Below are positions 11,574 through 24,013 of a stretch of 64,000 bases of DNA, piece after piece (the stretch's first letter is position 1; the number at the start of each line of letters is the position of its first letter). The notes beneath the pieces were generated by a model, which made no database searches, had not been told where the DNA came from, and saw nothing but the letters and a program-made list of their open reading frames with translations. The position numbers were made by a program, and so were the translations under genes. This DNA is from Adineta vaga (taxonomy: Eukaryota > Animalia > Rotifera). The stretch is from contig CP075494.1 in NCBI GenBank assembly GCA_021613535.1, positions 5,022,001 through 5,086,000 of the forward strand, read 5' to 3'.

Positions 11574-14096
11574 ATGAGTTTATCACTTTTAATATTAATA
11601 TTCACCATTCTTATGAGCATTTCGTATGCTCATTTCGGTCCCAAATATCTATCTGAGCCATTCCCTCCACCCGTCAATGCAGTTGGTAATACACAAATAC
11701 CATTGGAATATGATTGTGCTCTTCGTGCTTTCACTATTGAAATGGCTAACTATATTGCACCACCTCCCTTCAAAACCAATTGGACAACTCTCGCTCAAAG
11801 TGCTTTCCAAATGAATCAATGTCATAACACCTCATACTCCAACTATCAATCATCATCATTCTCATCGTCGAAAACAAAGAATGCGAAGAAGAACAAATCT
11901 TGTCATCATTCTATCTATGTACATGATTTCAAAGGAAATGATCAATTCGATGGATCATTTCGACGACCCATGAAAACCATTCAAGCTGCACTTCATCACA
12001 CTCGTCTTCGACGGCAAACATATGCTGGTGAGAATCAAAATACATTATGTATCATCATTCGAGGTGGAACCTATTATCTTGGAACAAATGCATCGACCAC
12101 AACAACAAGTCAAAAAGGTGTTATTGCATTGACAAGTAATGATAGTAATCTTGTCATCGAAAACTATGAAGATGAACGTGTAGTATTGAGTGGTGGAACA
12201 TTACTTGATCTCAAATGGTCATTGCATTCCAAAACATCGACTGGTGGAACAATTATGAAAGCTCAGATTCCATCGTGGGTGAATGTTGATGAATTTAATG
12301 AACTGTATGTGGATGATCGACGAGCAATTGTTGCCAAATATCCAAATGGTGATCCATCGACTCAAGGATTGTACGCAACTGATCCTGGTTTTTCATATGG
12401 TTCACAAAGTTGGATACCACCTATTCATCATCCAAGTGTCGAAATCCATGTACAAGAACCACATCGTGATGGTACAACTTTTCCATATTATCAATTAGGT
12501 GTCGGTGGTGGTGCATCAGTATTCAATCCACCTAGTAATTTTTGGAGTACTGCTTCACCTCCTGCAGGTGATAATTATGTTGTTCCTGGTGGTTTGGTAG
12601 TGAAAAACAATGTTCTTCCTCACATTCAGCAGTGGTCTAATCCTTCCACTGGTTTTGTGCATGCCTTTCATTCTGGTTATTGGGGTAGCTGGATATTTGA
12701 AATTGAATCAGTGAATAGTTCACAAAATACAATCATGTTCGGTCGAGGTGGATTTCAAGAAGCACGCGGCTCAGATTCAGGTGGTGCATTCTATGTCTCT
12801 AATCTTTTCGAAGAACTCGATTCACCAAATGAATGGTTTCTTGACAAAACAACTCGTACTCTTTATTTCATGCCCAATCAAACAATGGGCAATGTGTTTG
12901 TTGCTAGTCAAGTTGCATGTTTGATTTCATTGAGTGGAAGTAGTATGAATGATCCGATTGAGAATGTTCTCATTCAAGGTTTGATATTGACACAAACAAG
13001 TAACACTTATATGAAAGAATACATGGTACCAAGTGGTGGTGATTGGTCAGTTCATCGAGGTGGTACAATCTATATGACCAATACAAAACACATGTCGATT
13101 ACACGGAATGTGTTCATTGAATTAGGTAGCAATGGTATTGTGTTGATTGATTATAATGATGATAGTTCAATGATATGGAATGAATTTGCATGGTTAGGTG
13201 ATTCAGGTATTATACTTGTTGGAAGTACAAATGGTATTGATGGATATAGTGTGGAAAGTCAACCAATGAATATTTTGATAGAATCGAATTTGTTTCATGA
13301 AACAGGTATTTATGTGAAACAATCATCGCCAGTGTTGATTTCTGTGAGTCGAAATGTTCGAGTGATGGGTAATTTGATGTTTAATATGCCTCGTGCAGGT
13401 GTGAATATCAACGATGGTTATTATGGTAATCATACAATCAGTGGAAACGTAATATTTAATAGTGTTCGTGAAACGAGTGATCATGGTCCAATCAATACAT
13501 GGGATCGGCAACCTTATTTGACAGATAGTGTTGAATCAGGTATCCCTTCATTGTGGCAACATGAAAGTTATATTCATCATAATGTTCTCTTTAATAATTA
13601 TCGTTCTGTGTGGCCGATTGATCATGACGATGGCAGTTGTTTCTATGAAAATAGTTATAACTTTCTCATTTACGGTGGTAAGAAGAACTATTTGGGACAT
13701 TCGAAAACAGATCATCATGAAATTTATGTATATTCTGATCTGAGTAGTGGTGGTTTCGGTAGTAACAATTGTCTTAACAATTATGGTGCTCAACGAGGAT
13801 CCAGCGGTTGGAACGAAACTTGGATTGAGAATACATGCATTCTTTACAATAGTACTATACCGTACAATCTTGGTGGTTGTGATACTGCCAGTCTTTTTGT
13901 GCCATATTTAGCATCGAACAAAATATATATTCCATCACATAGTGAAGCTACATTCATTTGCAATGTTAATGGTACTCGTACACAACTTAATTTACAACAA
14001 TGGCAGTCATATGGATTAGATATTGGTACTGTCATTGACGTTACGCCTGATGTTCAAACAATCATTGAATGGGGCCGGAAAATGTTACAAAGATAA
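11574..14096 (+). CDS. Secreted right-handed parallel beta-helix (pectin-lyase-fold) protein, copy 1
   Basis: Signal peptide; YVHDFKGNDQFDGSFRRPMKTIQAAL and IIRGGTYYL N-terminal motifs; ENVLIQGL, NILIESNLF and NHTISGNVIF beta-helix rungs; intronless 840 aa. Confidence 0.85.
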   Translation: MSLSLLILIFTILMSISYAHFGPKYLSEPFPPPVNAVGNTQIPLEYDCALRAFTIEMANYIAPPPFKTNWTTLAQSAFQMNQCHNTSYSNYQSSSFSSSKTKNAKKNKSCHHSIYVHDFKGNDQFDGSFRRPMKTIQAALHHTRLRRQTYAGENQNTLCIIIRGGTYYLGTNASTTTTSQKGVIALTSNDSNLVIENYEDERVVLSGGTLLDLKWSLHSKTSTGGTIMKAQIPSWVNVDEFNELYVDDRRAIVAKYPNGDPSTQGLYATDPGFSYGSQSWIPPIHHPSVEIHVQEPHRDGTTFPYYQLGVGGGASVFNPPSNFWSTASPPAGDNYVVPGGLVVKNNVLPHIQQWSNPSTGFVHAFHSGYWGSWIFEIESVNSSQNTIMFGRGGFQEARGSDSGGAFYVSNLFEELDSPNEWFLDKTTRTLYFMPNQTMGNVFVASQVACLISLSGSSMNDPIENVLIQGLILTQTSNTYMKEYMVPSGGDWSVHRGGTIYMTNTKHMSITRNVFIELGSNGIVLIDYNDDSSMIWNEFAWLGDSGIILVGSTNGIDGYSVESQPMNILIESNLFHETGIYVKQSSPVLISVSRNVRVMGNLMFNMPRAGVNINDGYYGNHTISGNVIFNSVRETSDHGPINTWDRQPYLTDSVESGIPSLWQHESYIHHNVLFNNYRSVWPIDHDDGSCFYENSYNFLIYGGKKNYLGHSKTDHHEIYVYSDLSSGGFGSNNCLNNYGAQRGSSGWNETWIENTCILYNSTIPYNLGGCDTASLFVPYLASNKIYIPSHSEATFICNVNGTRTQLNLQQWQSYGLDIGTVIDVTPDVQTIIEWGRKMLQR
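11715..13594 (+). repeat. Direct repeat, near-identical to 26533..28412
   Basis: Constant offset of 14818; only about four substitutions found by eye across 1880 bp. Confidence 0.95.
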
Positions 14097-14479
14097 AAGA
14101 ACTAAGTTCGATTTGTTTTTATTTAGTATTTAATCAAGTTTTTTTTTCTGCAATGTTTCAGAAATAAGGTAGTTAAGTTAATTTACAAATGTATTAGCGA
14201 TTCTCACATAGCTTAATAGTTTTTTCTAATCTTTGTAAATGAAATGTTGAATGATGAATTCTAAATGGCAAGCTGTATCATTTTTTTATAAACTAATTAT
14301 AACAATTATTCATCGGTTTCTTCTACTTTCATGTTAAACACAAAGTTACGTTTTTTGTCAACATCCTTTTAATACTGAGTTGTAATTATTCACAAGATCC
14401 TTGTATCGTAGAAAACGCAGATGCATTTGATGAAGCATATAGAATATGAAAATTCAATACGATTGATGATTGTGGAAAA

Positions 14480-15448
14480 TTAGTTCAGTGTTTTTTGTAT
14501 TGCAATCGTTCGAACTCGATTACTAGCAAGACGACGAACTCGAATATGATTGAGTACTATCTTTTTCGGCCAAATCTCGGGTAACGAACTGAGACAAATA
14601 AATGGCATAAGTATCGTTAGTAATCGAACCAAGAAATTAAAATAAGATACTTGTAAGTTAGCTGCAAAATTAGATATACAACAATTCTGTATGATGCTGA
14701 CCGTAGTTGCCGGTAAAGTAACAATGAGAAAAAGACATACTAAAACTAATAATTGAGTAATCATTCGGCGATATTTTCGCCAAGTAAATCGATTATTTTG
14801 TATTTGTCGTTTTTGTTTAATTACACGTATGATTATCCTTATTGTTGAACCAACAATAATAAATGTTGGAATAAAATTATGTGCCAATCGAGTATACAAT
14901 GCTATCGATGATATGTATAATGAACATGGAAATGCACAATAAAGTGAAAACATATTAAATTGATTTTGACATGGATACAAAAGGATAACGACGATATTAA
15001 CAACAACTGGATAGACAAAAGTTGTTATAAATAGAGGAATATAGTGAAATAGAATTCGATTACGTTGTCTAGCGAATATGGGTAAATAAAAAATGAGTGA
15101 ATGTCTTTCAATAGATCCCCATGCCATTGTCCAATAAGTTGAAACTGTGAATATTGAATTGAAAAAGTTCCATACGAGACACATGGTGTCAGTGGGTGGT
15201 GAAACTTGATTAGTACGTAAATAGTTTAGTGTAAAAGGATGATTGAGAAAAGAATCAAATATTGATATAAATAATAAAAGTAAAGATGTATGATTATGAA
15301 GTGCCATTCGAAGATTACGATTTGATAATAGATGTATCAATGCATACAGAGAACAAATAATTGATGGAATATGACATATTTGCATAATAATATACTTGAT
15401 ATTATTCCATGGATCGACAGCATTATTCATCGATGATGAATTTGACAT
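14480..15448 (-). CDS. Orphan class A GPCR (7TM)
   Basis: Seven hydrophobic segments; TM3 C...WGSIERH motif; basic third intracellular loop. Confidence 0.85.
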   Translation of the reverse strand: MSNSSSMNNAVDPWNNIKYIIMQICHIPSIICSLYALIHLLSNRNLRMALHNHTSLLLLFISIFDSFLNHPFTLNYLRTNQVSPPTDTMCLVWNFFNSIFTVSTYWTMAWGSIERHSLIFYLPIFARQRNRILFHYIPLFITTFVYPVVVNIVVILLYPCQNQFNMFSLYCAFPCSLYISSIALYTRLAHNFIPTFIIVGSTIRIIIRVIKQKRQIQNNRFTWRKYRRMITQLLVLVCLFLIVTLPATTVSIIQNCCISNFAANLQVSYFNFLVRLLTILMPFICLSSLPEIWPKKIVLNHIRVRRLASNRVRTIAIQKTLN

Positions 15449-16402
15449 ATTGAATACGAAGAAAGATTGTTTTAAACTATATATTATATATTGCAGTGTT
15501 TATAAAACGTTGACATTCAAAGTAATTAGAGAGAAAAAAGAGAATATCATTTTATAAGGTAAATGACATGAAACTAAACTTATTTCTGTCAATTAGTGAA
15601 CATCAGATGAATGCAAAGATTCACACATGGTCACGAATAAAACATTTAATATTATTTCTTTTCTACTCGACATACAATACACGCATCAAATGCATCTTGT
15701 TTAATGATGAGATTTATAGTATATAATTCACAGATAAAACGGTGCTTTTAATTAACATTATTAGATAGTTTCCAAGCAGTGTTTCGGATAATAAAAAGTA
15801 TAGAAAAAGACTGAACTATACAAGAACATTGAAACAAATATAGAAAAACTGAACAAGTTCATTTCTTGATAATAGAAATATATGAATTTTAATATTTTAA
15901 ACAACAAAGTAGGATTAAGAATTTCATGCTCGATATTTTCTTTATTTAGAATAAATGAGTTCAAAACATCTCCTTAACATAAGAGTTCTCGAGGTGTAAT
16001 TTGTCATCAGCACGTATATTAATCGAACAGTTTTCGTGTAATATGAATTTATTCTCCCAAACATTTAGGACTAACCTTATATGCATTGATAATCAACCCG
16101 CCTAAAATATTGCCTTTGTCGTCCATACTGATCGAAAAGAAAACAAAATGAACTAAAAGTATTTTATTTGAGAATATAATGATAGATAATTCATTGTTTT
16201 TCACGCATGATTCAATATCACGACGTAAAACTAAAAACAATAATAGTGCGTGACATCTAAAATGAAATCTTTTGTTTGACAACAAAAGCTTGCTTGTGTT
16301 CTTTCACGCATTTGAAAAGAAATGAATTCTCGTCATTATCTAATAAGGTTCTATAAATTCTTTTTCAGTTCATTTTCTCACAACAATTATAAACTTTATA
16401 TT

Positions 16403-17368
16403 TTAAGTACAAAAAAGACGAACACTAACAAACAAGTGTTTTAATTCTGTGCGAAATGTTTTTGATACTAAAATATTTGTATAACATCCAATACTGTTCT
16501 CTACGAAGTATAAGAAGTAAACTATTTGTAAAATCGATTTTTCAATCATTCTTTGTTCTTCATTCTTTGAAATATTTCGTGTAATTTCTTCGTATATATA
16601 CACAATTGTAACTGGAAATTTAAAAATAATGTAGGTAACGATTTCTACAAGTAACATTCGAATTAATTGTCGATCTTTCGCTTGTAACTGTGCTGGACGG
16701 ATGACGATTATTGTAGACATTCTCGTGCTTGATTGATGAGCTGTGTGATGTATTTGACGAATATTCCTTATCGTCCAACATCCAAATATTCCCATGAGTA
16801 CAGGCGGGAGTGTACCACTAATTACAAGTGTATAATATGTTACAAGTGATGTATATACACCAGGTTCATAATAACATACAGAGTAATTCGGACCAATTTG
16901 TAGAATTTTCACCAACATCCATGCATGAATATGGAATATCATCCAAAATAAAAAAATACTGATTATACTAATGATTACTAATCGACATGTACTACGTTGT
17001 CGCGTTCCTGCATTTCGTGAAGTGACTAACATGCGATCAATGGACGCCAAAATGAGACATGATGAATGCCAACTTGCTAATACAAAGCCAGTGTAATATT
17101 TTGATCGACAAAATAGAAGATTTGTTGAAGAAACATCGAAGCCATAACCAACTTCAAGTATAAGTCCGAGAAAAGTTAAATATGGAGAAATGAAATTTAT
17201 GATATTAAGAGCAATTAAGCAAATGGTACATGGATTTTTTCGTAGAGGATTCTTTGTAAATACCATCAAATTAAGAGTAGAACTGATCGTACCAATACAC
17301 ATAAATATAGGACCAACATATTGAAATAATCGTCGTTGAATATAATCTAATAAAGTTGCTACAGACAT
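16403..17368 (-). CDS. Orphan class A GPCR (7TM)
   Basis: Probable ATG 17368 (MSVATLL); LRKNPCTICL, FCR, LASIDR, DRQLIRMLL, SKTFRTEL. Confidence 0.88.
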   Translation of the reverse strand: MSVATLLDYIQRRLFQYVGPIFMCIGTISSTLNLMVFTKNPLRKNPCTICLIALNIINFISPYLTFLGLILEVGYGFDVSSTNLLFCRSKYYTGFVLASWHSSCLILASIDRMLVTSRNAGTRQRSTCRLVIISIISIFLFWMIFHIHAWMLVKILQIGPNYSVCYYEPGVYTSLVTYYTLVISGTLPPVLMGIFGCWTIRNIRQIHHTAHQSSTRMSTIIVIRPAQLQAKDRQLIRMLLVEIVTYIIFKFPVTIVYIYEEITRNISKNEEQRMIEKSILQIVYFLYFVENSIGCYTNILVSKTFRTELKHLFVSVRLFCT

Positions 17369-17819
17369 GGAAATCGATGGCGAAAATATGACGGCTTGAG
17401 TGGAAAAGTGTCGTTTATATATGTTGGATGTTTTTAATTCACATATATATTGACAATTATCTTCATTTGTACTAATTGTAGACAAGAGATAATAATAATA
17501 AACCTGAAAGAACTCATAAGTTTTTATAACCTCTGACAGGAAAGATAGAAGGTGTAAAAAAAGAATACGTAGGATGGATTATTTATAATCATATTTCGAA
17601 AAATGAGTTAATTTCACACCTTCATGAAACAAGTCTGATGAATCAAACAGTTCACATGTATCCAATGTTTTTATTTAATGTTGAGTGATGGAAAAGTAAT
17701 GAATCGATACGCATGAGAAACATGAGATTTATATAATCTTTATTTCGTATTCAATATACGTTTATTAGAGAAATACGACAGGTGAAACAATTATTTGTGT
17801 CTCTTTTCATTCGTAGAAT

Positions 17820-20809
17820 TTAAAAAAATTGATGTTTTTGAATCAATGATATTATAAGCATTATAAAAAAACTATTGAATGATAATTTTACAGCTGAATT
17901 GATTGGCTTTGATGTAATTTGATTTTGACTTGTAGTTGTTGACTTTGCATCATTTTCTATATCTGTTGTAACTAATTCGACGTATTCATCCAAAACATGT
18001 ACATTTGCTTCATACTTTTCTTGCATTTGAATAACAGTTACATCATTTGTAATCAAAATATCATAAATACATTGTTGTTCATGTGTCATATTACGGCAAG
18101 CATCTTCAGCCATTTTATATCGATCTGTATCCGCATATTTTTGAAAGAGATCCTGTTGAAATATTGGACGATAAGTAAGATCTTGATGTTCAGAATGGCT
18201 ATCTTGTAAACGATAATAGAAAATTGAAGAATCGCTCGTTGTACGCCATGATTCACCGTATTCAAAAAGTGTTTTATCATCATTTAGACTTGTTGACACA
18301 TTTGTTCCATTGGGATACATTAAACCATTGAAACCACCAAGTAGACCTTGAAATTTACTTTTTTCTTTGAATGTTTTCGGTATAATGGAAACGAAATCAA
18401 GAAAATCATATTGTGGTCGAACATAAACAATAAATTGAATTTCACTTTCACCATATGATATACTATAACTATTGATTTCTCTTTGTCGAATGATTAATTG
18501 TCGATCGTCGGAATAGATCAATGATGATGATAAAAGTTCTTCTTCATTTGTAAGTGGTGTAAAATCTAATAATTGCTGATCAACACGAATATCCATCGTT
18601 TTTAATGCAGGAAATAATTCAAATTGTACACGTGATTGATCTTCATTCTGAATAACAAATGCTAAGATAGCTGTTGCATTATCCATTGTTGATACGGAAA
18701 TCGAACTTGCAGAATCATTCATTAATCGAGCAAGTCGTACTTGAATTTCAAATTTTCCATCTGAAGTTTTAACTAACGTATATTCACCGTGTCCATTGAA
18801 TGTGTACGAATTACCATTTAAAGTCGCAAAATGTGGATCACCACGTCCACCTGTTGGTGGTATTGGTATTAGATTGACACACGTACCAGCAGGTCGAAAT
18901 CTCATATATTGAGAACATGTCGTAAGTATTTCACTTGCAATACCACAACATGAGAAGTAGGGAAGAAAATCAGTGAAGAAATGTTGATATGTAGATAATG
19001 CTTTCATTGTATCAGGAAAATGTGCTTTCATTGAACCACCACCTTGTCTCAAATCTGGAATAAGAACACCAGCTGTATCATAACAACAATGAGCACCACC
19101 GTCACTATTTAGTGATTTTCTTCGGTAACATGCTCGACCGCGAGGTTTATTATATTGACAGTTCCATGGGCCTGATTTACGGCCATGACAAACAGGATCA
19201 GCACTAAATCCAAATTGTTCTTCACCCCATGCAGTCAACACACGACATGGACAATTAGGAACACGACTACTTAAATTATGTGTATTAATATCCGATTGTA
19301 AATCAAGCCAAGTTGGACAGTAGGATGAAAACATTGAATATGTGACAATAAATGTACGTGTAATGAATTTTTGTGCTCCTTTCCATGTAAATGTTTCTGT
19401 TGTTGTATTTGGTAGAATAAGTTCGAATGAAAAATCTAATAAATGAACTAAATCATTGGGAACATCAGTAATAGGAAATATGGATTGAAAATTGATAGTC
19501 AAATTATTTAAAGCCGAAAGATTCAATGCACCAAGATCGGGATCAACACGTCGTGTGCGTAAATTATAAAATGTATTATTATTAGCAATATATTGTGTAC
19601 TATAATCATAAATAACAAGTCGAAATAGATTATGTGTTGTTAAATTATTTTTAATGAATTGTAATTCTAAACGACGATCTTGAAGTAGACGAGGTTTATT
19701 AATAAGATCACCATGATTGCTTAGAATAACGTCAGCATTCATTTCAGGCATAAATGATAAAAAGTGTGTTTGTCCAATTAAGCGTCTATCGCCGTTAAGA
19801 ATATTTATTTGAAGTCGACCTTCTGATACCATTGGCATTGTACAGGTGATAAAAACAGATGTCACTTGACAATCATTTATTTCTTGTCCATTGACTTCAA
19901 CAATATATTTCGAATCAGGAAAACATAAACCAAATAAACGAAATTGATAACCACCATGCATAGAACCTCGAAATGGTGAACTTTGAAGACCTTGAGTTGT
20001 ATTACATTCAACATTACTGATGTTACCATTCGTAAGAAAAATGAATTGACCACGATTGCCAATGTTAGATTCTTGTGTTATTTGAATAACATCAGCTGAA
20101 AATGAATTTTCTAAAGTGAAATAATTGATTTGATCACCTGCATTAAAACCAACTTGAGGGTAACCACCCCATGCTCCTGCAGACCATTGAATTTGATTGT
20201 ATGTAAAAATTGTAAATGAGTATATTCCATTCGTTGCTATTATAGCCTATATAGATTGAAAAAGAAAAGAAAAGAAGAATATTGATTTCAAAACATATGT
20301 TTAATTACTTGAAATGTATTTCGACCAGGATCTGCACGATGTCCGGGAACTCGATACCATGTAGCAACAAAAGCCCATAACATTCGATTAGCTGATAATA
20401 GAGGATATCCGGTTTTTATCATACTCGAAATTTGTGATAATGTAGGATCGTCAGTAATTTCTCGATAAAATATATTGCTAAATGCATCTTGTGTAAGATC
20501 TGTATCAGCCCAATATGGTGCAGCACAAACAAAATTTTGTAATGGAAATGGACCAGGTGGATTGTGTGGTAAACTGTATGTTACATTGCCAAAGAGAATC
20601 AGACCATGGCTATATACTCGAATGACATCATACGATTTTCCAAAGAATGGAAAACGAACGTTGATATGAATTGGTCCAGTTACAGAATCCAACGGACGTG
20701 GCATAACAGCATCACCATTGGATGCGTCAAATGGTATAAAATCTTTGATTGTGTTTTGACCATATACCACATGTAATAGTAGAATGCATAAGTAAAATCG
20801 TAAAATCAT
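17820..20809 (-). CDS. NIDO-IPT/TIG-AMOP-VWD cell-surface protein (SUSD2/Mesh/MUC4-like), probably GPI-anchored
   Basis: Signal peptide from ATG 20809; NIDO (FPFFG, APYWAD, NTFQ); intron 20308..20247; AMOP (CPC, CCYD); VWD (GDPHFATLNG, YTFNGHGEY); hydrophobic C-terminal tail. Confidence 0.9.
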
Positions 20810-20847
20810 CTCTTGCTCGTCTCTAACGGGGAGGACTAACACCTCGC

Positions 20848-20855
20848 TTTTTATA
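20848..20855 (-). promoter_or_regulatory. Candidate TATA box for the NIDO/AMOP/VWD gene
   Basis: TATAAAAA on the minus strand about 40 nt upstream of ATG 20809. Confidence 0.45.
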
Positions 20856-21255
20856 GGCATGTTGAAAACTTTATCAGACGATGATAAATATTTTCGGCGA
20901 CATACAATCTCTACACAACATCGCAATTTATTTCAACTTCTAACAAAAGTCAAATAAGAATCCAAAGATAATGTGTCTAAGGTTATATCATTAGAATAAG
21001 ATAGTTATAAGTTTCTAGGCAATGTAAAATTCTCTCCTAGGAATGGCAAACAAAAACAATTTTGTTTGTCGTGCGTCGAAAGTAGGTTTCTATACAGAGC
21101 GTGTAACAAACACTTATCCTTGATAAGATTACAAAGTTTAGTGAAAAACAGGTAAGTGTAATCTTTCATTTCATTTCAAGAAAGAATCAATATAAGCAAT
21201 GCACGACTTTCTTATAGTAAGTTAACGTTGTTAGATAGTAGTAAACTAGTATCCG

Positions 21256-21480
21256 AGGGTTTGGCTGTGGGTGAAGGTGTGGGTGTCGTGTGGCTTGCAC
21301 TGAAAGACCACTCACACCCTCACACATATATGACATAAGTATAGCAAAATGAATCCCCACTTAAAGAAACCCCCCAAATAAAAATCCCCAATTGATTACC
21401 AGTTTTGAGGTTTTGAGGTTAACTACCCCAAGTGGGGATGAATCTGGGGACCAGAATTTGGAGTAAATGAAAACCTACCC
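21256..21480. repeat. GC-richer patch with degenerate TGTGGG/CCCACA arms and an inverted repeat; possible MITE relic
   Basis: ctgtgggtgaaggtgtgggtgt followed by ccactcacaccctcacaca; perfect inverted repeat ATCCCCACTT (21353-21362) / AAGTGGGGAT (21430-21439). Confidence 0.45.
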
Positions 21481-21496
21481 TAAATACGCACTATAT

Positions 21497-21844
21497 ATGC
21501 TTCAATATTGTATCCATCCGACAAATATTGCAAAAATAGGAGTAGAAACACTCAATGTTGGAAATGCTGTAATCGATTCTAATATGAATAATAATATTAT
21601 ATAATGGGTTATTGATAAAAAGCGATAATCTATCGTAGATTTTAATGATCCAGATGCTACGATCATTTCTACAGATATAATGTTATGCCTGGCAAATAAA
21701 CAGCCTGACATATTACCAGAACCACAATGGTGGCCTACATCACATTTACGTGAAAAATCAGAGTGCTGTGCTTTGCGTATTCATCTTTGTACTTTGAAAA
21801 CACAAAATGTGAATGAAGATGAATATAATCGTATATTTAATTAA
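21497..21844 (+). pseudogene. Gene fragment with two in-frame stops, resembling the C-terminal part of a NEURL4-like/PARP-like domain protein
   Basis: MLQYCIHPTNIAKIGVETLNVGNAVIDSNMNNNII*WVIDKKR*SIVDFNDPDATII...LPEPQWW; family call rests on recalled motif similarity only. Confidence 0.4.
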
Positions 21845-22254
21845 GCGAACTACTTACAGAATGTATTAATATTTTTCAAAAGTTTTGTATTAAAAAAAGA
21901 AGAATGGAAACAGAAGAATGAAAGTTCAAATGAAGAAACGGGTTTGGATATATAAGATAAGTCTATATTCACCCTCTAACTCTCAGCTTCACCTTTACAC
22001 ACTCACAAAAATGCAAATCCCATGAGATATCTGTGATGATTTATGATAAAACAAAGTTTTTTTTATTGATTTCATTCAAAATATTTATTTTTACATTCGT
22101 CATTGAAAATGAAAAATCAGTTTAAAATAAAGGAGTAGAATTACAGTGATCTTTTTATAATACCTATTTTTTATTCGATTATCCTATTCATATCATCAAT
22201 CATGAGTAATACTAATAATATAAGCATCAGTTTCAATTAATTCATATAAATACA

Positions 22255-22939
22255 TGTCTGAATTTGAAACGTTACTTCAATCTCGAAAAAAACACAAGTA
22301 GTTTATTTCTTTGGAGACTTAATTTACGGTCTTTCTGCATCATCATTTGAACATCTAGGTGATATTTATGCTAAAGATTCTTCAAATGTTTATTTTTCTA
22401 GAAGAAAAATGGAAGGTGTATCCGTATCAACATTTAAATATTCAGGTGGTAGGTTCGCTAAGGATATTTCGAATCTTGACTATGGCGAAAAAAAATAAAA
22501 GATGCATCAGTCTCAACGTTCCAATTTTTAGGACAAACCTATGCCATAGATTCTTTGAATATTTTCTATATACAATATAAAATGCAAGATGCATTATACT
22601 CGTCATTTCAAGTATTAGGTGATGGTTATGCTAAGAATGCTTCGAATGTTTACTTTGATGGAAGTAAAATAGAAGGTTCACTAGTCTCATCATTTCAACT
22701 AATAAGTGATTATTATGCTAAAGATTCTTCAAATGTTTATTGGATCAAGGATACAAAATGCGTCAGCACCATCATTTGAAGCTTTAAGTGATTATTATGC
22801 CAAGGATTCCTGGAATGTTTTCTATAAAAAAGAAAAACTACGAGATGCATTAGCTTCTTCGTTTCAAGTAATAGATTTTGGTCGTGCTAAAGATTCATCA
22901 AATAATTATTCTGGTGGGCATAAATTATCCAATTTCTAA
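22255..22939 (+). pseudogene. DKNYY-repeat protein, frameshifted
   Basis: Repeated (A)SSFQ-x-L-x-D-x-YAKDSSNV(Y/F) units spread over different frames; 5' boundary approximate. Confidence 0.75.
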
Positions 22940-24013
22940 GCTGACTATTTATATATTTCAATTGATTTTCAATAAACAAAATATAAGCAAAAATAAATGC
23001 GGAAACTTCGGATTTTATCTGAAAGTTATGTGTACTGCAAAAAGTATATGAGATAAAAGACATATGGAAGTCATAGGGAAATACCAGTATGTTTTCAATA
23101 GTTCCGAATTGACTCGTCCAATCAGGCTCATCGTCAAACGAGATATTGATGCGACATTACTCTGTAGAAAATTTCATCTCAATCGGATTAACCTTCCACA
23201 GACTATAGTATAAACAAACAGGTGGATGACCACACCAAGCAATTCTTGTAGTACGTTCTCTTTTCCAGTATACCATAAAAAGCTGTTAACGCAACCCCTA
23301 GAAGGATTAAAAGTGTGAAAGACGATGATACTAAGAGATTTGTATATACGATATGAACAGCTTCATGATAGCTGATTGCGAATTACTTTTTGTCCACCGC
23401 GTTCTCCCGCCACTTCTAGTCTCTTCTCGTGCATCATCTGTGGCAAAAAAGTTCAGAAGTGGAAATTTTAAGGTAGAGCTGTGACCTTCTCACATTAGTG
23501 AGAGGAAGTCTTAGAATGCATAGTTTTTTTTAACTACCAATCTTGGGGAGGGCGGCAGATAAGGAGGAAAATTTGCAGCAAAGAGATCTTTGCCTATCAT
23601 GGTCTGTGATCTGGATTTTGAGAGGGTGTAGTTGTTGGTATCTCTTCTTCTTTCAAACGCATACCCATCTAGTGTATGTATGTGTCTATTGGATTTTAGT
23701 TCAACCTTTGAAACAGTGTACCCTTAACAAGAAAGAAAAGCCACGTAGTATGTACGAATTTACACTGATGCCATTGAAATGCCATAGTAGATGTATGAAG
23801 TCTATTAATCTGCTTCTTTCAATTTTTCTACATAGTCTAGATGTATTTTATTTAGTTTGTGTGATAAAGCAACTGACGAACTACAGCACTCAAGTCTCTT
23901 TGCTTCACTGATATTTATTGAAAACAATACTAGTGATCAATATTTTAGATAGACTGCTGTTTGTTTTTCATTCATTATTATGAACTACATTTAATTTATT
24001 TTTAAAAAAGAAA

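Noticed and set aside
22340-22939. CRISPR-like repeat-spacer array (recurring tatgctaaagattcttcaaatgttta)
   Set aside because: The repeats are degenerate protein-coding DKNYY units, there are no cas genes, and the context is eukaryotic.
23000-23911. Possible repeat-element relic and a 122-aa ORF
   Set aside because: Slightly GC-richer, but I found no terminal repeats or recognisable protein motif, and the ORF starts with TTG; it cannot be supported without a repeat library.
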